Shown here one piece after another: positions 1 through 9,444 of a stretch of 64,000 nt of DNA. The notes under the pieces were generated by a model, which saw only the letters and a program-made list of their open reading frames with translations, did not search any database and had not been told where the DNA came from. Position numbers and translations under genes: made by a program. The DNA is from Cyanidioschyzon merolae (taxonomy: Eukaryota), in NCBI GenBank assembly GCA_000091205.1, contig AP006497.2. One strand, 5' to 3'. Each line of letters begins with the position of its first letter. Within the stretch, counting starts at the first letter, position 1.

Positions 1-795
1 TTTTGCGTTTAGGGCGGGTATTCACGGGAGCGACAAGCCTAGATGCAACATTGCAGGGTAGCGTGTTCGTACCTAGAATGTCGAGGTCGTCTGCGCGCCA
101 TTTCGGTCCGCAAGCTAGCCTTTGCATCGTTGCTGATTAAAGCGCAAGGCGCTTGTTTGTTGATAAAGGCTGATGCAACGTCAACATCGGCCGTTGGCGG
201 TATTCCCGGCCCACCGCTTCTCGACAGCAGTGTTGGAAGAGCGGGATCGTTGTATTGCTAAACTCACTTAACTCCCCCATGGATCCGTGTCTACTAGGAA
301 AGCCCTATGGGCATCAGATATGAGGTGTGCCAGCACGTGCATTGGAGATAGTGGAAACGCCAAACGCCGAATAAATCAGCTTCTCCAGGAGAGTTCCGCC
401 CATGGGTGATGAAAGTGTCACCATCTCGTCTGGCGGTAAGTTCATGAAGAACCCCGTACTTGCATCGCAGTCGCTATGGCATCGTCTAGAACGCACAGCC
501 AGCTCATCGAATACGCAACTCAATAGGGAAATGCAGTCGCGATATGAAAACAAAGGTTATGTGGCGGGGAAGTCACTTATCCTAGGTAGAGCCCGAGTGG
601 CGCCCCAGTCTGGCTCTAGAACTCAAAGTGCAGCATTCTCATTTTTTCTCGCCGGCACGCCAGCTCTAACTTGTTCTCGAACCAGCGAAGATAGAAACGA
701 TATGACAGCATAGATGCGTTTGCAGACAACAAAGTCTGACGGAGTGCTATTTTTTAAAGCTCGTACCATTTTCAGCATAAAATGGATCAGGTCAT

Positions 796-2152
796 CGAAA
801 ACGGGCTCACACACGACACTTTGGGTCACTTGCCAGAGCAATCAGCACCGGCCTCTGCGACGTATTTCTCTGGTGGCTTGCTTTCCCTCCATCTGATCTC
901 CAGCTTCAAATACACCGGTCGCTCGTCACGCTCCAGCTCCATGCACAGCAGTCGACGGTTGTCGATGGCAGCGTTCAAGACCCGATCTCGCTGGCTGCAG
1001 CTGTTGTTTACGCATTTCATGCCGAGGCAAAGGTCGCGATCTGCGCCTCGCTTGCCAGGCTCCTCCTCTATGTGTACGGCGTCCGCGCGCCCCGAACAGC
1101 CACGACACGTGGCAACGGCGAGTCGTTCCCGTAGGCACACACGACGACCCCGCCGCCGACTGCCGGCCTGCGGTGCACGACCGCCCGCTTCATCGCCCGG
1201 GACATGCCCTTGACGGGTCCGGAGAGCTCCGGTCGATGCCGGCCACGGTTTTGCCGCGCCCGATGCCCTACTCCTCGATCAAGCACGTCGTCGGGACGAC
1301 GCTTTTGCTGAATGCACTGCCCGCTGCACGCCCGAGCACACGCGCTTCCATTGGATGAGGGATCCGTGGAATGCGATGTGGTCCCATGAAGAAACAAGCA
1401 CCAGAGACAGAATCCTGGCTCGGGAACGGGTCGAGGGATTTCCACTCGCCGACGCTGCCGTTGTGCGAAACGGCTAGGCATGCTGGAATGGACACGATCG
1501 CTGCGATAGTTCAGGCCAGAGTGCAGCACCCGTTTCGGTGCGAGCGGCACCGCCGGGAGCCTGCTGGAGCGTATCCCGCGAGACGTATCCTGTTGCTGTC
1601 GAATGCAGCTTCATCGATAGTCGGGAAGACAGCAGGGTTTTTGTTTTGAGGGGAATCGATTCGCGAACGTTTGACGGGTCATTGGGTTTGGATGTGAGCT
1701 TTTGAATGGATCTTCAAGAAGCGACGACAAGTTTTGACCGCCGTCAACGCAGTGGCGCAGGTTGCTGTGCCCCGCCTACACGGCGTCCAGTAGGTCGATC
1801 GATGACTTGAGGAATGCGTCGTTTGCATATGCTAAACGCAGGGAGCGGAGAAACGCGAGTGCTTTTGCCCATGCATTCGATCATCATACAGGTATTTACG
1901 AATCCCAGTGTTATCGTGTGTCGCGAATTCGCTTGATCCTGGTGAAGAACCGATGTTGAGCGGCAAAGCGCCGAGGGCGTCATTCGAAGCCCTCGACCAA
2001 GCATCTTAGAACTACACATGACTCCGCAAATTCCCGGTGATGCATCTTGAATGTCGAATCTGTGCATCCTGATCAAGTTGGAATTGAATCGGAAGGCAGT
2101 AATAGGGGGCAAGCAGTTCAGTGTTCCAGTTTTATCTGACACTGCAGCCGAG
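796..2152. repeat. Left arm of a ~1.36-kb inverted repeat; pairs with 4539-5893
   Basis: The reverse complement of 796-2152 matches 4539-5893 at roughly 97-98% identity by eye. ORF-track proteins on opposite strands are near-identical: 1744..2217(-) vs 4459..4947(+), 1068..1550(-) vs 5141..5623(+), and 782..1213(+) vs the C-terminus of 5478..6536(-). The identity breakpoints 2152 and 4539 were read directly from the sequence. Confidence 0.8.
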
Positions 2153-2342
2153 CCGCGCGATGACGCACGATGCTCCAAATCGTCGCCCGCTCTACTCGTG
2201 CACTGGTGATACGACAAGAGGCGCTGAGTCGGAGACCGAGAAGCATAGCCATTGACTGCGCCTACGCAAAAACCTCTTGGGACTTTATCCTTTTCTCGAG
2301 CACCTTCCTGGAATAAAGCTGCTGTTGAACAGTTACGAAAGG

Positions 2343-4145
2343 ATGGTGGTTCTCGCGATCGCTATTTTGAACAAGCTCGGCCGGCTACTGATTTCTCGTC
2401 AGTTTCGTGAGATGCAGCGGACCCGCGTCGAAGGTCTACTCGCCGCTTTTCCGAAACTTTTGGAAAACGAGATGACACGGAGTGGGGAGAATCGCCAACA
2501 CACGTTCCTCGAGTCGGACACGGTTCGCTACGTATACCAGCCAGTGGAAAATCTCTATGTGGTGTTAATCACGAACAAGACGAGCAATATCGTCCAAGAT
2601 CTTGAGACGCTTCGTTTGGTCAGCAAGTTGCTCGCAGAGCTCAGCCCGATCGTGGGAGTGATCGATGAAACCGCCGTATACGAAGCAGCTTTCGACTTGA
2701 TCTTTGCCTTTGATGAGGTCATCGACTGGGGCGGCTACGCAGAGGCCGTGAACGTGCCTCAGATTCGTCAGTATCTCGAAATGTATAGCCACGAGGAGCG
2801 CTTAGCAAAAATGATCAAAGAGAGCAAAATGCATGAGGCGAAAGAGGAGATGCGTCGAAAGGCGAATCTCATTGAGAAACAGAAGCAAGACCTTGCGAAA
2901 CTGCCGCCCGAGATACGACGCCTCATGGGCCTTGAAGGGAGCTCAGTTTCGGCAGGCTCTGGCGCGCCTGCAGTGTCTACCGGTGCGTATTCAACGGGGA
3001 ATATGCGAGGATTCGGGCCCCAAGACTTTTCTGGTGCTCTCGGAGGCAGCACTCTGCTTGGCGATGTTGGACCTGCTCCGTCCTTGACGCTGGGCGCCAC
3101 CAGAATAGCAGCGGACCAGTCGGCAAGCATCACGGTTTCAGCCGGAGGCCGGGGTCTGTCTCTCGGGAAGCCAAAGGCTCGCACCGAGGACTGGATGGCG
3201 CACCTGCATGCTGAGAGTGAAACATCTTCCGCAGATGCGCAACGCTCGCGCGTTACTCCCGATCATACGGAGCCTACAGCGTCGCAACGAGCTGCGAAGA
3301 CAGTCCCGTCCGAATCCGCCACTCGAGCGGTTGCAACATCTTCAATCCCTGCGTCTGATTTCCATCTAACGACCGAGGAGAAGCTGAGTATATCACTCAC
3401 TCGTGACGGTCGACTCGAGAGCTTTCAAGTACACGGCGAGCTTCTCCTTCAGATACGCGATCAAAAGCGGGCACACGCTCGCATCCGGCTGAAACCGCTT
3501 CCGGAATCGATGATGCAAAAGGTGCAGCTGCGACTGCATCCGATGTTGGATCGTTCGCTTTGGCAACAGTCGTGGGTGCTCGCACAACGCAACGCGGAGC
3601 GCCCGTTTCCCTATGGTAGCCCGACGCCAATGAGCCTGATCAAGTGGCGTTTTCAGTCCACTGATGAGAGTCTGCTGCCTGTGCTTCTGACCTGTTGGCC
3701 AACAGTCTCCAGTGATGAGACGTCGATGACGATCGAGTATGAGATGATGTCTCGCGCATCGGTTTCCTCAGACTTGTGTCCTCCGTCATCGCTGTCTTCC
3801 GTGCAGGTGCACGTACCGTTGCCGCGAACAGCAGTACAGCCTGGATTCTTCCAGTTGACACGTGTGGACGGCCGTGCAACGCTGGATGAAGCCGCCGCTG
3901 CCGTGCTTTGGACGTTGCCTCCGCTGGAGGCGCCCTGTAGCGGTGCGCTAGAGTTTACGATTGCAGCTGTAGAAAATCCCGAGCGTATGTTTCCGATTCA
4001 AATACAGATATCGGCCACAGAGGTTTATACGAAGCTTGAAATTTTGCGGGTGGAGGTGGCGACATCCCCAGAGTCGGTGCCAACGGAGGAGACGGCGTTC
4101 ACGCAGGAGCATCGCCTGCTCACCGATCGATTCGAGATTGTATGA
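2343..4145 (+). CDS. Coatomer (COPI) delta subunit (delta-COP)
   Basis: The N-terminal longin-like region MVVLAIAILNKLGRLLISRQF...QHTFLESDTVRYVYQPVENLYVVLITNKTSNIVQDLETLRLVSKLL is colinear with metazoan and fungal delta-COP. The C-terminal mu-homology-domain-length tail is present. The track starts at TTG 2277; the first in-frame ATG is 2343 (MVVLAIA). Confidence 0.85.
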   Translation: MVVLAIAILNKLGRLLISRQFREMQRTRVEGLLAAFPKLLENEMTRSGENRQHTFLESDTVRYVYQPVENLYVVLITNKTSNIVQDLETLRLVSKLLAELSPIVGVIDETAVYEAAFDLIFAFDEVIDWGGYAEAVNVPQIRQYLEMYSHEERLAKMIKESKMHEAKEEMRRKANLIEKQKQDLAKLPPEIRRLMGLEGSSVSAGSGAPAVSTGAYSTGNMRGFGPQDFSGALGGSTLLGDVGPAPSLTLGATRIAADQSASITVSAGGRGLSLGKPKARTEDWMAHLHAESETSSADAQRSRVTPDHTEPTASQRAAKTVPSESATRAVATSSIPASDFHLTTEEKLSISLTRDGRLESFQVHGELLLQIRDQKRAHARIRLKPLPESMMQKVQLRLHPMLDRSLWQQSWVLAQRNAERPFPYGSPTPMSLIKWRFQSTDESLLPVLLTCWPTVSSDETSMTIEYEMMSRASVSSDLCPPSSLSSVQVHVPLPRTAVQPGFFQLTRVDGRATLDEAAAAVLWTLPPLEAPCSGALEFTIAAVENPERMFPIQIQISATEVYTKLEILRVEVATSPESVPTEETAFTQEHRLLTDRFEIV

Positions 4146-4538
4146 GAAAGCACCTGCCTGGTGTAAGCGTTTTTTTTTGCATTCGCGTGGTCTCGTAGAA
4201 ATATGCCTCCGTGGACGCCAGTATGCGTCATGTTGGGCGCGTCGATATTTTGCGGCAAAGTGCGGCTCGATCGCCAGTCTGGGAAGCTGATGCACCAACG
4301 CACTAGTAGTGGATGCTGCGATTCAGAATAAGCGCCTTTTATATCGGTGGATCGATGCTTGGTAGCCGCATAGGGGTTCCGCTTCGTATACCAGGTGGGT
4401 CTGATTCACCTCCGGAAACCAGAGCAGGATCTACACGAAATCATGTAGGAGGATTACCGTGGACATTACGATCCAGAAGAATTCTGCACGTATTCCCCAT
4501 GATTCAGGGATGAGTGCGAATGTACCCGACCCGGATGC

Positions 4539-5893
4539 CTCGGCTGCAGTGTCAGATAAAACTGGAACACTGAACTGCTTGCCCCCTATTACTGCCTTCC
4601 GATTCAATTCCAACTTGATCAGGATGCACAGATTCGACATTCGAGATGCATCACCGGGAATTTCCGGAGTCATGTGTAGTTCTAAGATGCTTGGTCGAGG
4701 GCTTCGAATGACGCCCTCGGCGCTTTGCCGCTCAACATCGGTTCTTCACCAGGATCAAGCGAATTCGCGACACACGATAACACTGGGATTCGTAAATACC
4801 TGTATGATGATCGAATGCATGGGCAAAAGCACTCGCGTTTCTCCGCTCCCTGCGTTTAGCATATGCAAACGACGCATTCCTCAAGTCATCGATCGACCTA
4901 CTGGACGCCGTGTAGGCGGGGCACAGCAACCTGCGCCACTGCGTTGACGGCGGTCAAAACTTGTCGTCGCTTCTTGAAGATCCATTCAAAAGCTCACATC
5001 CAAACCCAATGACCCGTCAAACGTTCGCGAATCGATTCCCCTCAAAACAAAAACCCTGCTGTCTTCCCGACTATCGATGAAGCTGCATTCGACAGCAACA
5101 GGATACGTCTCGCGGGATACGCTCCAGCAGGCTCCCGGCGGTGCCGCTCGCACCGAAACGGGTGCTGCACTCTGGCCTGAACTATCGCAGCGATCGTGTC
5201 CATTCCAGCATGCCTAGCCGTTTCGCACAACGGCAGCGTCGGCGAGTGGAAATCCCTCGACCCGTTCCCGAGCCAGGATTCTGTCTCTGGTGCTTGTTTC
5301 TTCATGGGACCACATCGCATTCCACGGATCCCTCATCCAATGGAAGCGCGTGTGCTCGGGCGTGCAGCGGGCAGTGCATTCGGCAAAAGCGTCGTCCCGA
5401 CGACGTGCTTGATCGAGGAGTACGGCATCGGGCGCGGCAAAACCGTGGCCGGCATCGACCGGAGCTCTCCGGACCCGTCAAGGGCATGTCCCGGGCGATG
5501 AAGCGGACGGTCGTGCACCGCAGGCCGGCAGTCGGCGACGGGGTCGTCGTGTGTGCCAACGGGAACGACTCGCCGTTGCCACGTGTCGTGGCTGTTCGGG
5601 GCGCGCGGACGCCGTACACATAGAGGAGGAGCCTGGCAAGCGAGGCGCAGATCGCGACCTTTGCCTCGGCATGAAATGCGTAAACAACAGCTGCAGCCAG
5701 CGAGATCGGGTCTTGAACGCTGCCATCGACAACCGTCGACTGCTGTGCATGGAGCTGGAGCGTGACCAGCGACCGGCGTATTTGAAGCTGGAGATCAGAT
5801 GGAGGGAAAGCAAGCCACCAGAGAAATACGTCGCAGAGGCCGGTGCTGATTGCTCTGGCAAGTGACCCAAAGTGTCGTGTGTGGGCCCGTTTT
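4539..5893. repeat. Right arm of the ~1.36-kb inverted repeat; pairs with 796-2152
   Basis: See the left arm. The arm ends in ...tcatcgaaaacggg (reverse complement) exactly as the left arm begins. A 2386-bp spacer between the arms holds the delta-COP gene. Confidence 0.8.
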
Positions 5894-6237
5894 CGATCAG
5901 CCGGGATACCGTTCTTCGCTTTCCGACATTGATGTGAAAAGCGCGTACCGTTCCGTTCTTTCTTGCCCAGATATCGGTGACGATGCGTCCATAAGATGAC
6001 ACCCGTAGAGACCAGATACGATCACAATATCCGGTTGGCATGGGCCCCCACATCTCGCACAAACGCCCCCTGATGTTACTGGGTCGTTCTTTGAGCGCTG
6101 CAGCGCTGACGACCGGCTCCACCCGGAAACCGGCATTGCCTCTTTGCCGATGTTTATCGTTCGTGTGAGACGCTCTTCCAAAAAGCCGTAGGTGTTCTGG
6201 ACACGCGTCCCAGCCTAACACGCGATTTTGATAGAGA

Positions 6238-9024
6238 ATGGAGCGGTTGCTGACCGCCATTTCAAGATTGAAGCTGGGCACGCATCCCCAGGTCAGTTCG
6301 GTGGCTGACCACCAGCTGAAGTCTTCGGCAGCGGCGCTTTCGCGGACGCTATGCAGTACCAGTGACGGTACGCGCCTTTTCTTGCTTGGGGCAGACGGCG
6401 GGCTCTGGCTGACGAATGCCGAGGAACTGTGGCGTTCTGCACAGCGGCTCGGCGAAGAGTCGCGAACGGAGTTCTTCGTGAGCAGCTCTGGAACGCTGGG
6501 GACTCCCGTACACTTGACTCCAGCGTTACGCTTCAAGCCGATCGCTTGCGCGCTTTCGAGCTCGGATCGATTTCTTGCTCTTTATGACGAGGAGTTTTGC
6601 GCGGTTGTGGACCTCCAAACAGTGCCGAGTTCGCAGACTTGGCTGGATCAAATAGCCCCCGCACCTGTGACTGCACCCGCTGTGCTACTAGGTAGTCGAA
6701 CTAGTCAGAGGGCTGCTTTCACGCTACGAAGCATTCGCCAGGTAAGTTGGCATCCCTGGAGTGATGGACGCCTCGCTATCCTCTACGATGATGGCATGCT
6801 GGAGCTTTACGATACCTTGGAAGCTACGCTACCGGAGCAGACCTTGCGCATTCGCTTGCCGCTGTCGGGGAGTGAAGCACCTGCCGCAACAGGCGTCGAA
6901 GACACCACTGTTGCATCAGTCAGTATCCAGAACGTCTCTGGTGCGCTGGAGCAAACCGCAGGACAGCGCACATTGGTCAAAACTGAAGCTCCAGCGGCAT
7001 TCGCTTTCGGCCCATTAACGGAACCATCGGAATATCCTTGGGAGCTTGTCACGCTGTATTTGTTGCGAGAGTCTGATGGAGCGCTGTTTATTCTCTGTCC
7101 GTTTGCTCCTACTGGACTGCGCTTGCCCGCAGTGTGGGTAGAAGCTGTTCATGGTCAGCTGGAGACTGGAGCGCTCGCGGATACAGCAACTTCTTCGGCA
7201 GCAGACGCGACCACATGGGCCGAACTACAGATGCGTTTACGACGAGAATGGCTGGCACTCTGCACCAGTCGGCAAGCTCGTATGGATCTCGAGAGCCACC
7301 GCGCAGACTCCGAAAAAGCGCCTCCCGTATATCGTTTGCTTCGACCTCCACGCACCTTTAACATGCAATGGACGCCGCTTCTGCAGGGCCCGGTCCATAT
7401 CGAGCATGATGCTGCAACAGCAGCGAGTCATTGGGCACCCGCGTGCGGCATCCAGGTTCTTCCGAGCCCGCTAGGTCCGCTCCTGCTCCGTACCTGGTGG
7501 CACGGTGTTCTAGACGTGCTTGTCACTATGGAAAAGGTGGAACCTGTCTGGGCCCCGTCGTCAGAGTGTTCAGAACAGCTGCCCGCAGAGGAGGATGTTG
7601 CGCCATCGCTGCTTCTCTATGAGCGCATCTTCACGGGCGCTCCCTGTGCTCATTCGATCGTTGGCGAGAGCCCCACAGGGCTCTCCACGTCCTGTGCAGC
7701 AAACGATGAGCATTTACCACTTCCATGGGTGTCACCTGCGCAGACAGTGCCCCGTCTGCAACGCAGTGTGCTGCTCATACGCAGCCACCAGGGCGTCTCG
7801 GCCCTCTATTTGACGTGGCTGGATATGATCAGCCACGTGCTTTCCCCGAGAAGTTGGCCGTCTAGCTCGCTTTTCCATTCCGAACCGGATTCCAATGACG
7901 AGTTTATGGAAAGTGAGCAGCTTGAACAGCTGTTGGAGCAGTTGCCATGCTCCACGCTTGTGCAGTCGCTGGCGTCAGAGGCGGCTCCGCTGGGCCTCGC
8001 AGAGCTGCGCCTCCCCAGTACAGTGACACTTGTGAATGGCCCAGCCGCGAACCTGCTGCTTGCAATGGATGCTGATGGAGAGCACTTGCGAGCAGCGGCA
8101 TTGCACTGGTGGCGCTTACCGAGCGTGGGCGCGAGCCTCCGTTTCCCGCGCTCTTCCATGACTACGCGGGAACTCGAATACACGGATCTGGTGCACGCAT
8201 GTTCGCCGGCGGTGAAAGCAGGAGCAGCAGCAGCATCAACAACAACAACAACAACAGTAGCGACGAAAATACGTTCAGCATCGGGGCTAACGCCTTTGGA
8301 GCAAAAGCTCACGCAGGTATTCGGTTCCCTGGTGCCATGGCACACGTCCGGAGTCAGTCATGCTGCAGCGACAGGCGACGCGCAAGAACTTTGGGAACAG
8401 ACGCGAACGCTCGTTCTCCTTTGGCAGATGATACAGACGATTATCCAGCCGCTGCGACTTTTCTATGCACAAACGCTATCATCGACTATAGAACAGCTTC
8501 CTCTGAGACTGGAAACGAACGCACGTCAGTACAGCTACCTCCAACACCGCCTAGAAATGCTGCAAAGTCGAGCAAGAGACTTGGATCATCGCATTCGTAT
8601 CCTGGCGACAGGAATGAATGAAAATCTCCAAAAGCGCGCTGCAGGTCTATCGGAGCTGCTGCTGCATCGGAAACCTATGATCACTCCGCTGGAGCGCCAG
8701 TGTTTTCGCCAGCTCGAGCGCTATCGCGAACGCCTCTGCGAGTTCCAGCAGCGCCTTACGCAGTTACAACGGCAGGCTGCAGCGGCGCGGCAATCAGGAA
8801 GCAGGGCGCTGCCCGAGCTTGATATCAGGGAAGACTGGTCGCTGTTACGAAAAACCCAACAGCGTGAGATTCGTCAAGCTATCGAAGAGAACACCCGTCG
8901 TTTGGAACGGCTTTGCCAGGTTTCGCAGGAAACACGAGCGTCGATCGAGCGACTTGTGCATATGCACGACATGCGGTTCTCGTCGTTAACGGGAACGTGC
9001 AAAGACGACACTCGGATTCTCTAG
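6238..9024 (+). CDS. Nucleoporin Nup88/Nup82-like protein (divergent); beta-propeller-like N-terminus plus C-terminal coiled coil
   Basis: ATG at 6238. The blocks FLLGADGGLWLTNAE, IRQVSWHPWSDGRLAILYDDGMLELYD and AAFAFGPL...VTLYLLRESDGALFIL resemble Nup88 blocks (GGELFLWDG, AAWYPS...IRIY, AVAFDFGPL...YPLYILYENGE). The C-terminal about 200 aa is heptad-rich (LERQCFRQLERYRERLCEFQQRLTQLQRQ). Assigned from memory of the Nup88 sequence; moderate confidence. Confidence 0.5.
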   Translation: MERLLTAISRLKLGTHPQVSSVADHQLKSSAAALSRTLCSTSDGTRLFLLGADGGLWLTNAEELWRSAQRLGEESRTEFFVSSSGTLGTPVHLTPALRFKPIACALSSSDRFLALYDEEFCAVVDLQTVPSSQTWLDQIAPAPVTAPAVLLGSRTSQRAAFTLRSIRQVSWHPWSDGRLAILYDDGMLELYDTLEATLPEQTLRIRLPLSGSEAPAATGVEDTTVASVSIQNVSGALEQTAGQRTLVKTEAPAAFAFGPLTEPSEYPWELVTLYLLRESDGALFILCPFAPTGLRLPAVWVEAVHGQLETGALADTATSSAADATTWAELQMRLRREWLALCTSRQARMDLESHRADSEKAPPVYRLLRPPRTFNMQWTPLLQGPVHIEHDAATAASHWAPACGIQVLPSPLGPLLLRTWWHGVLDVLVTMEKVEPVWAPSSECSEQLPAEEDVAPSLLLYERIFTGAPCAHSIVGESPTGLSTSCAANDEHLPLPWVSPAQTVPRLQRSVLLIRSHQGVSALYLTWLDMISHVLSPRSWPSSSLFHSEPDSNDEFMESEQLEQLLEQLPCSTLVQSLASEAAPLGLAELRLPSTVTLVNGPAANLLLAMDADGEHLRAAALHWWRLPSVGASLRFPRSSMTTRELEYTDLVHACSPAVKAGAAAASTTTTTTVATKIRSASGLTPLEQKLTQVFGSLVPWHTSGVSHAAATGDAQELWEQTRTLVLLWQMIQTIIQPLRLFYAQTLSSTIEQLPLRLETNARQYSYLQHRLEMLQSRARDLDHRIRILATGMNENLQKRAAGLSELLLHRKPMITPLERQCFRQLERYRERLCEFQQRLTQLQRQAAAARQSGSRALPELDIREDWSLLRKTQQREIRQAIEENTRRLERLCQVSQETRASIERLVHMHDMRFSSLTGTCKDDTRIL

Positions 9025-9444
9025 CAGTGCTTTATGTAAGTTGCAGATGCGAGCGGGGAAGGCACGCACCAAGCGAGCAAGTGGGTAAACCCTGCGCTTC
9101 CGTTTGCCGCGGACGCGAGTTCTTAGACGACTCCACCGGTGTTCGCGTCGAGCCGCTCTCGAAGAAATTTCTACGCCCTGAAAAGCTCCGTATAGATGAA
9201 GCGCCGGCCCTATGCTTATCCAGCTGGGGGTCGCTTCCATGCAGCACTGCTCACGACAGTGCCTGCTCACCGCTGAGTGGCCATGCGTGACCAGCACCGA
9301 AGGCGTCCCAAATTTTATGTGTTCACGGTTGGTGAAGCACAGAGAAGTGACCTCGGAACTTGCTATCGTGGATGAGTTGTCCGTGATGCTTTCGTGAGCA
9401 TAATCGTGATCTGCGGCTCGAAAATCATGGATAGGTGCGTTCTG

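Noticed and set aside
2277-2342. N-terminal 22 residues (MGLYPFLEHLPGIKLLLNSYER) of the delta-COP track ORF, and similar leaders on other genes
   Set aside because: The track begins ORFs at TTG, GTG or CTG. For a eukaryotic nuclear gene the first ATG was used instead: 2343, 21007, 25676, 26509, 32622, 41176, 53428, 60993 and 63472.
5478-6536. 352-aa minus-strand ORF
   Set aside because: Its C-terminal half is inverted-repeat arm sequence (duplicated as 782..1213). Its N-terminal half overlaps antisense to the Nup88-like gene start. No domain. Likely non-coding.
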